From Laetmonice hystrix (taxonomy: Eukaryota): 64,000 nt of DNA. Shown one piece after another: positions 36,711-49,845 of this stretch. Numbering within the stretch: the stretch's first letter is position 1; each line of letters opens with the position of its first letter. The notes beneath the pieces are model-generated. The model was not told the origin of the DNA and did no database searches. It saw only the letters and a program-made list of their open reading frames with translations. The position numbers and the translations under genes are program-made. The DNA is taken from the NCBI GenBank assembly GCA_965235115.1, contig OZ249439.1:18166001-18230000 (forward strand). Reading direction: 5' to 3'.

Positions 36711-39700
36711 TCAGTAAACCTTCACCTAGAACCTCGACTCCCACTCCCACCTAGCGCCCAGCCCACGTTCCCTGCTTCCTCTGCCAAACTTTCAGGGCAG
36801 CCAGAGCTGTACTTTTCCACCCGACCGACATCTTTGCAATGTGTTTGTCTCGCAACTTTCAGCACGTTGCTATGTGAATGTAAGTCAGAGAAACTGACAG
36901 AGGTTTTCATACAAGTCAAGTACACGCCGAGGCATGGTAAAGCCTTGGCGGGATATATTGCCCTTTGTCCCGTTTTGGATATGCTCAGCTGATTCAGTCT
37001 GGCCGGGGGAGAAATACCTTTCTCAGACCCACTGCTCTGTCACGCTATAACTCTCTGACATTACCCGCCACCCTCCTACGTCCCCAACCCAGTATACCCG
37101 ACATATCTCAGTTTACCACAGACAGACGGTCCGTCTAGGTGACGGCGGAACAGCTCATACCACTGAGGTAAACGGCATGGATTCAGGATCCCTGAAGTGG
37201 TTGGAAAACCACAAATTACCTTTACCAGGGTGTGTGAATTAATGGATAAAAGAAGGGAGTGTCAGGGGTCCCTGAGACGAGTCATTCTCACCCGCCGGTG
37301 TGGTCAGGTGTTCACCAGGATGTTGATCGGAGAGTTTAACTTCCTGACATCTCTAGGTCCACAATACAATGACACAGACAATCGTCATCACATTTTTCTC
37401 ACAGGTCACAAACAATGCTAACGACTTCCTGATATCGGTCAGTTAGTGCACGGGTTATCAGGAGTGGCACAGTTACACTCTGACCCGCTTAGGTACGGAA
37501 TTCTCACCTGGCAGGCAGGTGATACAATAAATGTACCTGAATGAAGGGCCTCCTCCTGAGGACCTCTGCTGATAGTAGCTGACACTACTGATGGGGGCGA
37601 GGGGGGACAAGTTTCTGCTCACTGTGCCACGGGCACATTTAAAAGCTGGACAGCGACTGCCTCAAATTGAAAGGGGAAGTCTATATTTTCCTTTCATACG
37701 GGAAATGCTACAAATACCTGAACAATTAACTGTTTTTTCGAGAAAGAGAGAAATGGACAAAAAATCTAGGCCGGTATATTTTAACAAAAAATGCCATGCC
37801 TCTCTGTGTTGTCAAACAATGAGTCACTTGTTTCCTATAGCAGATGTTCAACCCGAGCGCCCTCATTAGGTGTGATTTATTTTTCTTGGCACGGAGATGT
37901 AATTCGTCATATTGATATAATCTACCCGAGATATCATGGCTGGGGCGGCGACCCATCCTCAACACGGAAGGCGCTAGGAGACCTACCGTCCAAACAATTT
38001 TACTTTAAACTGAATTAAAAATTGACCTGGTGACGAACTGCATCTTCCCTTTATAGCGTTACCTAACTCTGTTCGAAAAAGGCTGTCAGAGCAATGAGCA
38101 TGGAAAGGAGACAGAAAGCCGGCGATGCAATGAGTAAATAGAACATGTACCAGTACTGTCACCACTTCTAAGATCATTATCAAGGGAAATGACATGTGAC
38201 ATGACAAAAACGTGCAAGTTGCTTGGCCACATTTTTCATGTAGTATTGTACTGTGCAAGATACAGTGACAGAATTCCAAATGTAATACATATGTAAAATT
38301 CTACCAAATTTGTACAATACATAGGGGTCTCCCCCTCCCCCTCCAAACCCCCCCCCCCCCCCCAGTTCTTTTCTCTTTTACTGTTTGTCTATTGGTCTAT
38401 TGGCCTGGTCATCCAGGAACCATGTACTACTGATAGCTCGGGGCGTTCTCAGCCTTGTACTAGGTCAATACAATGAGACTAGACTCGTTGGTCAATATGA
38501 GATTTTCTGTCTCCCGCTTACATGGGCCTTGACCTCTCGTACCTGGTCAACTCAAGCCCTTTTACTGCGGCTCACCGCCCACTGACCATCGATTGGCATC
38601 GCTTCCGTCTGGACATTCGTGCTCCTTGCTATGTGTTAAATAAACCAGGGATAATAAATCTGCACCGGGTTTATATGAGGTCACCTGCCATACATTAAAA
38701 AAAACCACCAATCCACCTTCATTAATTGCAGCTGAAATGTATCACTGTTGCTGGATTAACATGTTTTATCATGCCAATATCTCTTTGATGTGAACAAAAG
38801 ACCCATGTCACAAATATCTTGTTTGTACACGTGGTTGCTATTTAGCCTGGATTTTTTATTTACCTTTTTATTTATGCCAACTGTTCCTTTTTCTGCAATT
38901 CATATACGACCATGTAAAAGCTTATGGTTTCAATACACCAACAATGCACTTTGTCCACAACGATTCTGTAATTGAAAACAATTTCACAGCCACCGCTCTC
39001 TCAAACCATGGCGTACAAAGGTGCAACCATTGGTAGCTGCCTTGCCTAATAAAGATGAAAGAAAGCTTTTGGAAAGTTGGAGCCTAAAGTTCAGTTTGTA
39101 ACCCTGAGCAACTGGCAGAGCAGCGGATATAGAGCATCTATTTACAGGACTATGGAACCCCTGTTCCAAGGATCGAGTCAGTTCAGGCTCCTCCGAAAGT
39201 TGGAGTCTTCAATTCATCTTTGGCACCGCCTCTGGTCCAACTGTTCGCATGTGTTTACACAAACCGTTGCACAAACCATGTGGTTCGTGCTTCAGTCTCC
39301 ACTCCTAAGGTCAGGCAGGTTTTATTTCAAGGTCAACTTCAGGTCATCAAAGAATGCCTGTGCACGCTGGAAAAAAGGGCTCATGTGTCTGTCCCAAGGG
39401 AATGGTTGTTTCTCAGATCTGGGTGGTATTAACCTAACCCCGGTAGGTGGTCGATGGGTCTTGATTGCTCGATAAACAATCCTCCATTAGGATCCGCAAT
39501 GTGTCGGACAACATCAGTGGGAATGTTTAGAACATCTGAGGTGGCAGTTTTTGTGTGTATACCTCAACAGTAGTGAGTGCTGCATCAAGCCAAACCCTTA
39601 CCAGTTAAATGTTAACAGTATCAGAATATAGGTATCTCGGTTTCCGGATTTTAAAATGAGACATTATTAACGTCGATCCGTCTAACAACTTTATGCTACC

Positions 39701-39880
39701 TATAAATTGTTCCTTTCAACGTATTAGGCAATCCAAAACTTCTTACTCATCTGTTTCAATAACCATGGAAATGTCCTACCGTATTTAAACAAATTAAATT
39801 ATAAACTACATTAACAACTCTATCAACATGTGCATCCTGCAGGGTTCCACGCTTTACTTGTAGCTACTGGACAAACTTAC

Positions 39881-40066
39881 TTGAAGCTTTCCCCCCTCCG
39901 TTGAGGTTTTAGGCGACTTCCATGTCTAGAACTTTTAGACTCCGAGTATACAATGCTGTCATCCTGTGACCTGTCCTTGTCCTTCTCTCGGTCCTTGTCC
40001 TTCAGCTCGCCAGCCTTCTTCAAGAAGGACACCGAGTGAGGGCTGGAAGGCTGCTCGAACGCACCC
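39881..40066 (-). CDS. Shroom: Upstream internal exon (186 nt, phase 2-2): GAFEQPSSPHSVSFLKKAGELKDKDREKDKDRSQDDSIVYSESKSSRHGSRLKPQRRGESF
   Basis: Acceptor gtttttattctcccaccacag|; donor CAA|GTAAGT. Open, protein-like charged frame. Phase 2 matches the giant-exon acceptor. Confidence 0.75.
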
Positions 40067-40926
40067 CTGTGGTGGGAGAATAAAAACAACCATTAATACG
40101 CATTCCCTGATATTGGCTCCACTATGTGGGGAGATTTATAAACCTTTTACAACGAGGGGATGTAGAAATTCTGACCTGAAGAAGGAAAAGGATAAATTAA
40201 CTGAAAACACCACTTGTCCTGTTCACTTCGTACCTTTCTCGTTCGTCTGAAAATCAACCGCACACGTTGTGCAAAATCACCCAACCCCTGCATGCAGAGA
40301 CCTCTGGTGGGCATTCCAACAACTAGACCGGGCTAAAGCTTGCCAAATTTTACATCTCCAGAAAAAATAATACTTCATTTCATTTGCTAAACTTGGTGCC
40401 TTTTGGTAATTTCAAAGATTATTACCTTATCTTTGTAGCCTGGTGTGTAACCCAGGGTCTTCCTGACCCACGGGTAACAGATGGGTCTTTACTTTTGTGT
40501 ACTTCATTCCCCATGACTCCTCTATCATGACGGCACATGACACGGACTAGGCGTTCCTAGAAGTTGGCCTTCTATCACAGGTCGTGTAACAACCGCAAGT
40601 CTAACAGGATTGTATATATATGTCAGAACATTGCTCATGTTCATAAGTAAATGAAACCCAATGATGTAACTATCAAATTTATCGTGTCCGTATCCATTAT
40701 AACTGATGTCCGAGTAGAGTGATCATGTACACACGGCTTGATCCAGGGCGGTCGACCTGCAGACAAGGTCACCAGAATGACTGAAACCACTGATGGGTCA
40801 GTCTATGGTGAGTGTTATACCAACACAAAGAAGATCCAAGTACTTGTAGAGGCTCCTATATTATAACTACATCAGGGTAACTGTTGACGTCCCTAACCCC
40901 GTCCTTCCACTCGGTACCATGGACCA

Positions 40927-41241
40927 GGAGCAGGGTTCCATGAAGTCTGCGGCCCCTGACGTATACCACAGCGGGTTGACGTCCCTCACACAGGTCCCAC
41001 TTGATCTCGTTGGTCCACGCCCCGCCGTATGATCAGACCATGTATATTGTACCGTATGATTATGAATCCCTAGCTGGCCCTGGAGCAGGGTTCCATGAAG
41101 TCTGCGGCCCCTGACGTATACCACAGCGGGCTGACGTCCCTCACACAGGTCCCACTTGATCTCGTTGGTCCACGCCCCGCCGTATGATCAGACCATGTAT
41201 ATTGTACCGTATGATTATATGAATCCCCGGGCTGGCCCTGG
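40927..41241. repeat. Tandem duplication, 155 bp x2
   Basis: Copies start at 40927 and 41082 and are nearly identical. Confidence 0.95.
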
Positions 41242-42777
41242 CCTCAACACGGAGCAATCACTGCTCGGCCCGCTAGCATGAGGCGGCCTCCTCCTCAACT
41301 TGACATGTCAACTAACACGCCTCGTGATTGTCAAACGTCATGCTCCTCTATGGGTTACAATACTTCCTGTCAAATAACCCTCCCGGTCCAATCTGAGGGA
41401 CCGGGGCGGGGGATCACATCAGGAGCAGACACGCGGCCTCTCTACAATGACGACTCACAAACCAGAGATTTACGATATACTCTGGTTGACCACACAATCT
41501 CAAAGGCCAACCGTTGTTTTTTTCATCCCTTCACTATCCATTATGGTGTGAATTCTACCTGAAAATGAAATAGTCATTCAATGTCATTTATTCTGGTGAG
41601 ATATCCAGAGCAAGCCCTGGGGTCAGAGGCATGTTCTGGCCTAGAGTCATAAAGTGTAGGAGGAAATGTTGCTCGGTTCCGTGTGGTATTCGGATCATAG
41701 TAACCTGGGTCCACTACCTGTACCAGCGGGTGGGTTCCGCTGTGTGACAGGCGCTGGAGGCACTGAGGTGTGAACGTTCCGGTGTGATCCCGTTTGACCC
41801 TCGTTACTGTTAGCGGAATGTCGGAGTGATGTCCAAGGTCAGCGCTCACACACCACCGGCTGACCAACCCTGATCTTTGGCAATCAGTATCGCTGACAGA
41901 CACATTTATTATACTCTTGTTGGATGGTCTGTGTGCAGGTGATACCGAGTCCTTAACAAAGGTTCAATGCTGTCTCGAGAAGAGACACATACTCGCCCAT
42001 TCATATTCAATCAGTTTGAAAATTACCATAAACGATATCCACTTTCTAACTTCTAACACAAACCATACCTTTGTGAGGCTAACTAAAGTATTCACAAGTC
42101 ACTGCACAGTGCACCAAACATGTCCGAGTCAGTTAAAACGGCGAGTCTACTGTCCGCTGACGACCGACATTTCAAGTCACACACGTGAACGTCTCGCATA
42201 CTTTATGGGCCTTAATGGTCCAATATTTATTTCACCATTAGACTTGACTAAACATGGACTGGTGATCATGCCTTCCTTGCATGTGTCACACCAACTTGCT
42301 TGCAGTAGGTCCGTCCAGAAGGCGGTCCCCTGTATGAACTGTGTCCGGGGTTTGCCCAGGCTGGTTGTGGATGGACATGTCATACATCACCATCATTGAA
42401 CAGGGTGGTATCTGTGTCAGACGTGTGCAGTCATTTCAATGGTTCACGGGGTGATAGATCCCAACACCAATCTTTGGACAATTCTCCCACTAGTGTCGGG
42501 TACAGGGAGCCCCCCCCCCTCCTCCTCCCGTCACTGGCACACTGCTTGGGTTGGCAGTCACGGCGAGCGAATACTTGTACGTTCTTACATGCTTTTATAT
42601 CTCACTGATTATTGTTCCCTAAAGAATGCAGCTCGTGTGATGATGAGAACTTCAAAACATGGCATACTTGACCATTGACCTTTGAGTGAGTACTGTACTG
42701 TACCACCTGGTACTATGTTCACATGGTACACCACTTTACCTACACGTGTCTCAATAAGGTGACGTCAAATAACAAAT

Positions 42778-43349
42778 GGCCTGGGACATGATCCCCATGG
42801 ACCACTAACTTACTCCCATGGAATGCCACCGGCCTGGGACATGATCCCATGGACCACTAACTTACTCCCATGGAATGCCACCGGCCTGGGACATGATCCC
42901 CATGGACCACTAACTTACTCCCATGGAATGCCACCGGCCTGGGACATGATCCCCGTGGAGTACCAACTTACTCCCATGGAATGCCACCGGCCTGGGACAT
43001 GATCCCCGTGGAGTACTAACTTACTCGCATGGAATGCCACCGGCCTGGGACATGATCCCCATGGAGTACTAACTTCCTACCAGAGGATGCCACCGGCCTG
43101 GGACATGATCCCCGTGGAGTACCAACTTACTCCCATGGAATGCCACCGGCCTGGCACATGATCCCCATGGAGTACTAACTTACTCCCATGGAATGCCACC
43201 GGCCTGGGACATGATCCCCGTGGAGTACTAACTTACTCCCAGGGAATGCCACCGGCCTGGGACATGATCCCCATGGAGCGTTAACTTCCTACCAGAGGAT
43301 GCCACCAGCCTCGGACATGATCCCAATGGAGCGCTAACTTACTCCCAGG
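42778..43349. repeat. Minisatellite, 53 bp x ~11
   Basis: GGCCTGGGACATGATCCCCATGGAGTACTAACTTACTCCCATGGAATGCCACC with variants. Confidence 0.97.
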
Positions 43350-43831
43350 AAAGTTGTGAATGGAAACTGTCCATAGAACTCCCTGGCATTTTTCCTGTGT
43401 GGCAGCTGGAGTTCTCCACCTGGTCGTCCTCGCTCAGATGCCTCAGATATTTGTTCATATATGGTCCGGATAACATGACAATTACAATAACTTTATCCTG
43501 CTAGTAATGACGCAAGAGATGACGTATATCACTGATGTTGTGTGTATAAAATAGTCATTAAGTCATTGTCCAGTGAAAATCCTTGACGTTCAGGAATTCC
43601 GTGTATGAAACCAATTTTTCCATGTAGGTCACCACTAGACGAAGCTAACCTGACTTTTCATTCTCCATTGTCGCTTACAGATTCACTCACGGCCTTAACA
43701 GCACACTCTGTCCTTAACTTAACAATAACAGAGTAGGGAAAAAAGATGGTCCATGTTCCCTCGATGTCGTGTGAAACAATCTCCGCCTACTGTGTAGTAC
43801 CATCCATTTCTTACAACTCATTCCATGTTAC

Positions 43832-43998
43832 CTTTGTGACAGCTTCATCAAAAGTTCTCTCCATTTATAATCCGACGCCAGGATGATACTCGTTAATATG
43901 ATCCCTATGTACGAGCCCCAAGGTGAGGATGGCACTTCTGAAGATCCCTCCGCATGGGTCCGACTGTCCACTTGGTACTGGTTAAGATCCCTCGCCAT
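43832..43998 (-). CDS. Candidate alternative first coding exon MARDLNQYQVDSRTHAEGSSEVP...ELLMKLSQ(R), phase 2
   Basis: 55 open codons; donor AAG|GTAACA; long UTR-like region upstream to about 44460. Confidence 0.3.
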
Positions 43999-44086
43999 TA
44001 ACTTCAATCATCTCCAGCGGGAAATCCTTGTAATCCATGTTAGCCAAGATGAGGAGAATCCAGCTCCTGTGAACGCTCACTCTCTG

Positions 44087-44170
44087 AACACATTGACCGG
44101 TAGACGTTGGTAGACGTTCAACCTGTAAACACATTGACCGGTAGACGATCAACCTGTGAACACGTTGATC
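44087..44170. repeat. Short degenerate tandem repeat (AACACATTGACCGGTAGACG..CAACCTGT) x ~2.5
   Basis: Visible repeated blocks. Confidence 0.75.
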
Positions 44171-46872
44171 GGGTGGGGCCAGCAGCAGTGACCGGCCATG
44201 AAGACCGACTTCAGCTTTATGACGTGGACGTTATTGTTGTGTGTGAGAGAGAGCCCAAGGTAGTGGTGGTGGCGGTGGTGGTGGTGTCCCCGTCAGCTAC
44301 TCCACCTCCTCCCCGTCGTGCTTGGATCCCAGCCTGCACGCCTCCAGCGTCCAGGCCGACCTTTCAGGTCTCTAACAGTGACTGCTGACGGCCTCTCCCT
44401 CTAACATAAGTTCTTCAGGCCTTCTGGCAGTAAACTACCGCAACCAACCACCTTCTTCACTGGGGACGTTGTGAAATTTAACGTAAACCTTTTGTCTGAG
44501 CACTAAGAAAAAAGACATTTCCTGCACTGTGATACAATACAGTGTCCATCACGCTTCCTGGACCATCGAGAACCCGTCGAGAAAACGTCACTATTGATAC
44601 TGTTGTATATTGAAAGATTTGATTTGAAGTCATCTTTGGAGGGTTGCGTGTGAGGTCCATGGTGGTTTAAAGGGGTTATCTCATGCAAAACTAAGACAAG
44701 CTGACCTGAGGCAAACCATTACTAAACTATCTAGTCGCAAAATGTTAAAATTACCGCTTTATCTATACTTCAATAAATGGAGACCATTCTCCTTGGGAAA
44801 ACAATGAAAGCATGCACATTGACAGTGTATTAGGCCTATCAAGTTTCTGAACCAGTTGTCAGATCAAAAAAACAAAGCAGACATCATAGCGCCGGTGTAA
44901 GGGCCGGTGTAACAGTAGATATTACACGACAGCAGGCCCAACTCTTAATGTACTCCATTCACCATGTAATGGCCGACATTATGTCAGTTGTGATTTGGAG
45001 ACGACAACCTAACCCAGGCCTCGTGGACAATAGTACCATTATAATATCAGACATTGCCTTCTCTCTATGGTCACACCGACATTCCATATACTGAAGGTAC
45101 TTTAATGTACAAAGAACAGCAATGCCTCCGTTCTGCCTGAGCTGATACTAACTCTACCGTTACCTAATACCTACGGCGACTTCTGGTACGATGACAAAGG
45201 CAGCCAGACATCTGTATCCAGGTTCGGAAACATGTTTTTTCTTTCCTTTTTCATTTTTTGGGGGGTAGTATATTACCGGTACTCATGTCGTCATTCTCTC
45301 ACAGTGACCCAGTACACTGCATGTCAAGACAAGATTTAAAATGGCTGTCATCAATATGCTCACGTCATGTTAATAACTCTAGTGTGACCTCAGCGTGACC
45401 TTGAACCCATATCCATATCAAATCGGGGGAAAAAAGTAAATATTTGACCCTGGATCGTAAATTATCTCAATAAGTTTATTGTATACAGCTTAGAACAATC
45501 TAATTTCATGGATAATAAAAAAAACATAATTTGCTACGCAACACGGTCTCTAATAAGCACAGTAGTTTACTTGTTTCGTATGAGGACTCGTACTCATTCA
45601 ATGCAAATATACATGATCCGAGTTTGTACAATCCGTCAAAATATCACACCCTACAGACCCAACGTGTCGCATGTTTTCTCAACTCGACTCTCTTTTTCCC
45701 TGTCATGCCCTTTGCGCCAAGCTGCATTCCCGTCTGATTTCTATCGGAGTGGTATGCCAGATCTGGTTTGATAAACCTCCCAGAGCTATGAGCAGGAGCT
45801 GTAATCAGTATGTTATGAGAAATACAAGTGCCGCCGCCCGAGACGACAGGGTCGCCTATTGTTAAACAGCCGCCTCCCCGCCCGCGCCCCGACCCTCATT
45901 AGGAGCTTCGAGACGGGCGACAACTGAGACTGGTCTGGGTCATCTGGAAACAATCTCCCCACGAGACACAATCGGCATGATCATTATACCACACAGGGGG
46001 TAGTCCTTGTCCTTCTCGGAAACGACATGCGAGAAATCATTAGGTATAAAAACCTCGGTTACTTTTTACTCTGCCATCGGACAAACATGTAGTTTGTTGT
46101 TGATACTTTTTTGATTTTGAAATAATTACTTCAGGCCCTGAGTGCTAATTATTAGAAGTCAAAGGAAATGTAACTTTTAAACGAACCCTATAGATATTAG
46201 CCAAAGCAAACATACAATCTGAGTATTTTGTAATTGCGATAGGCCTACTGGACGAGAGTACCATTCGATGGTTTCCACACCGCCACTGGGGTTGCTGGAG
46301 GCCAGTGGATGTGGAATCAGACACAAACTATCTCGACAGAAAACCACTGGCACTGCTCACTTGGTTAATTAACGCTGTCATAACTGCCATGTGTATTACC
46401 CTTCAAATCCAGTTTACATTCGTGTTTTCTTCAGGTCTTTCATGACAAGATATCATGTCTCTGACACAGCCTTCCGGTAGAGGGCGCCACATCTACCCGA
46501 CCAAACTGTTCTTGGTATGACGCCATTAATCAGTCAGTGAGCGAAACAAAACAAATCTACACGTACTGGTTGAAATACTGTGCAGCTATCATCACAGGTA
46601 TTTAAACCACTTGTTGCTCGATTGTCGCTGTCAAGACAGCTGTTAAGTATTAAACCTGGTCAAGGACAAGTGGGTGGTGCAGAATAAGTGGCACTACCAT
46701 GTGATATTTAAGGGTATCATGTTCAAGCAAACTCGGTAAAACAACACCTCATACCCAGACAGTTTTTCTCATTCCTTTCTGTATAGATCTGCTGAAGTCC
46801 ATTCAGTCCACCTGCACCAGCTTATCCTGGGCTATTTCCAATGTGATAATGGTGATTTCCATTATTTAACAG

Positions 46873-47005
46873 CCTTTACTTATTCATCAAACTTTACCTA
46901 TTCATCAAACTTACTGTCCACTGCACCAATACATCCGGCTTACTGTCAACTACACCGATTCATTACGCTTACTGTCCGCTGCACCGATCCACCAAACTGA
47001 CCGGC
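46873..47005. repeat. Degenerate tandem repeat (CTTACTGTC..CT.CACC.AT / TATTCATCAAACT blocks)
   Basis: Recurring ~20-27-bp imperfect units. Confidence 0.6.
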
Positions 47006-48117
47006 CAATTGTTTCTGGACTACTTTAGGACTGGTTCAACGATCAGGAATCCAAGAAATATCACATCACTCGTCATGCGAGCTGGCGTTTGTAGGCGGAG
47101 ACATATGAAGGTGTCAATCATTCTGCCATCAATACCAAACTTTAATGCCCAGAATAAACCATTTTGTCACTTGCAGTTTAACGAACGCCATCAATTCTGA
47201 TATCGGTACCAAAATCAATACGAGATCAGTCATATTGGTCCACCTTCTACACTCTAGACGAGAAACTTCACACAATTTTCCCACCTCTTGATTAACCGTT
47301 GGATTTCACTTTAAATTGATGAATAGCCCCCCTCATATTGCATTCATGGTACACAGCAATAAAAAAAAAGACACCTTCAAAGCCGTACTTTACCACACAG
47401 GTAATAAGTGTTCCACTTCTTTTTATAACCAATTCTAATTAAACTTTTAACTATTGCACACCGCTTTTGTGTGACACACATTCTGTGTATTACATCGCCC
47501 CATTCTCAATGTTGGCTGGATGGTTGAAGATATTTTCACAGGAATCTGGCGCTGTAATGAACCAGGTAGACGTTAAAACGGTTGCTGGGGCTAAAATTTG
47601 GCTTTTTCACCATAAATGGTAGACCCAGCCAACAACTTTATAGAGCATGTCACAACAACAATGAGGACAGCTGGATCGTCTATGACATTTTTTTCTCCGT
47701 TTAACGTTCCTCCTCTCGGCTCATTTTGCAGCATTCAAAGTCCTAATTACTTCCACCACTTCGAACTGTCACTTGTTTAGAAGAAACCCTGGGATCCCAC
47801 AACGGTGCTATCTACAGGGAGGTACTCGGCAGGACTTCTCCCACTTCGAGCCAGCACAGTCGAGTCCAAAACCAAGGGCTTCCTACACTTTGAAAAGAAT
47901 CTCAGCAGTCAGTGAGGTTTTAGAACTGCAAAATCCTCTCCGAATGAAAAGTTATTTTTTACGCGTACAGATTAAATCCACCAGATCATTCAGATATTAA
48001 CAAGGATAATCCGCCCCTCGGGGAAATAATTATATTTTAGCATTTTGAAAATCTAATATATTTTCAACGAAACATGGCAATTCAAACCTACATAAAACAT
48101 TATTTAAACATACTCAC

Positions 48118-48155
48118 ACATTCCATGTTATCTTGCTGATGTAAATCTCTGCCAT
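48118..48155 (-). CDS. Candidate alternative start MAEIYISKITWN(V), phase 2, at the end of a ~400-nt UTR-containing exon (acceptor at 48519)
   Basis: Strong Kozak ATCATGG; donor TGT|GTGAGT; upstream in-frame stop; acceptor ggttttgttgctcag|. Confidence 0.35.
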
Positions 48156-49828
48156 GATCCCGTTCAAATCACAAGATGAGACTTGGAGAAATAATAACTG
48201 CCCGTTTCCTTGTCTGATTCAGAATTACCAGCTGCTCCAAGCCGAGATCTTTGGACAACACCCTTCGTTCTATGCTGCCCATCTGGGTATGTAAGCAGGG
48301 CATCAAATTCATGGCCATCGTCTCTCTCCACAGCTCTCCTTCCGTTTACAGCTGGCTTTCAGCATACACAGGCCCATATTTCCGAGCCGTATTTTTTGCC
48401 TACACCTCTCAGAACAACATTCTGTGGATAGTCGTCCATCCTGGGATAGGAGCTCTTGGCGCACCCTTGGGGTCCCCAGCAGGCAGGTTTGTACTATAGT
48501 GTACACATGGAGGTATTCCCTGAGCAACAAAACCTAGCATTCGACAAAAGATCATCTGTGACAATAAGCAACAAAGGTTTCAATTCAACATTCACAATCC
48601 AGAGAACTTCAAATAAAGTCATGGGTCATCTCATACCTGACCGCATCGCTGGCTCCTATGCACTTTGCCTTCCATACAACTGTCCTTTTCACGTGTGCAG
48701 TCGTATGAATCCAGTGCAAATGTTTAGAGGTGCCAGAAGTTCTTTCAGCGTTTTTTGTTCCTTTTGCTTTCAATCGGTTCCTCTTGGTAAGATCCAGATG
48801 CCCGAGTATCCTTCCATCACCTGATGTTCACATTCATAACAACGACAAAAACACCATTCCGACGCTTCCTGAGCGACACCAGATGTTTGACGGAGGAACA
48901 AGCTCGGAGCCGCACATGAAGATTGTTAAACTGCCGTCCACAAGGGGGAAACGGTGGCCAAAAACATCCAGCTTACATGTGTTGAGTTATTGTCCATCGT
49001 CGACCTACGTGAACTAGGATAAATGTTTTCAGTCCAAAACATAGGAAGCCTCTTATCGTAACGTACTCCATATCGGCAAAACAATCCCAGGCCTCCGCCT
49101 CTACTGTTGACGTTATCACGACTATTTTTAACAACGTTTCCTGCCCGTACTTTTCCCATCTATGGCACTTTCTTGGACTGTATATATTTTATCCTGCATA
49201 AATTCAGGCACGAAAAAGCAGAACGTTTACTGTCTGTTCCAGTGAAAGACGCCAATGGCTCCAAAGTTCAGAGGTCTTGAAGTGTTGGATGGTTAGTGGT
49301 TGAAGAAATCTTAATCCGACAGGTTCCGGGGGCCTGGAGGTAACTTCACATTCTGCAGCCAAAGCGCATTACAAGCCTGGTCATATAGCAGCCCGGCTTT
49401 ATGATCTCTACCGAGGGACTACCTCTGGTATGTGCCGACACCGTTCACAGGGTACCATCTCTGATACCATCTGACGGCCAGACATCAATGCTCCAGAGAT
49501 CAAGGTGTGTCCCAGGTGCCCTCCGTCAGTGGTCCACTGAAGACACAAAACTCCTTGGTGGCCGCGATATACTTGTCTCTCCGTTGATTCGAAACTGCTG
49601 TACTGGTTGAGCAGACCCTTCCACTTGCTGTTCACCTCGGTGTTTAACCAGCCAGTAAAGTGCAGGTTTGAAGGTTGGTCTGCTTGGTTCGGTTTCTGCT
49701 GGACGGTGTGGAAGAGCAGTCAAGACCTTTCCAGCATGAGGATTCAAACCTGAGATCAGACTTAGTGGTGTTTAAAAAACACCCGCTGGGAGCAGAGCAT
49801 GAGTAAGCTGAAGAACCGAGCTGCATAC

Positions 49829-49845
49829 CTTGTTGTAAGTTGCAT
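49829..49845 (-). CDS. Candidate alternative start MQLTT(R), phase 2
   Basis: Donor AAG|GTATGC; GC-richer exon-like sequence upstream to about 50140. Very short, so chance is possible. Confidence 0.2.

Noticed and set aside
37591-37869. LLTVPR resembling the C-terminus of LINE reverse transcriptases
   Set aside because: The following G.R.FS...P..WN.LP pattern is missing, and no RT or endonuclease motifs lie nearby.
43982-44038. uORF beginning MDYKD (FLAG-like)
   Set aside because: An 18-aa ORF with only a 4-residue match to the tag and no vector sequence; coincidence.
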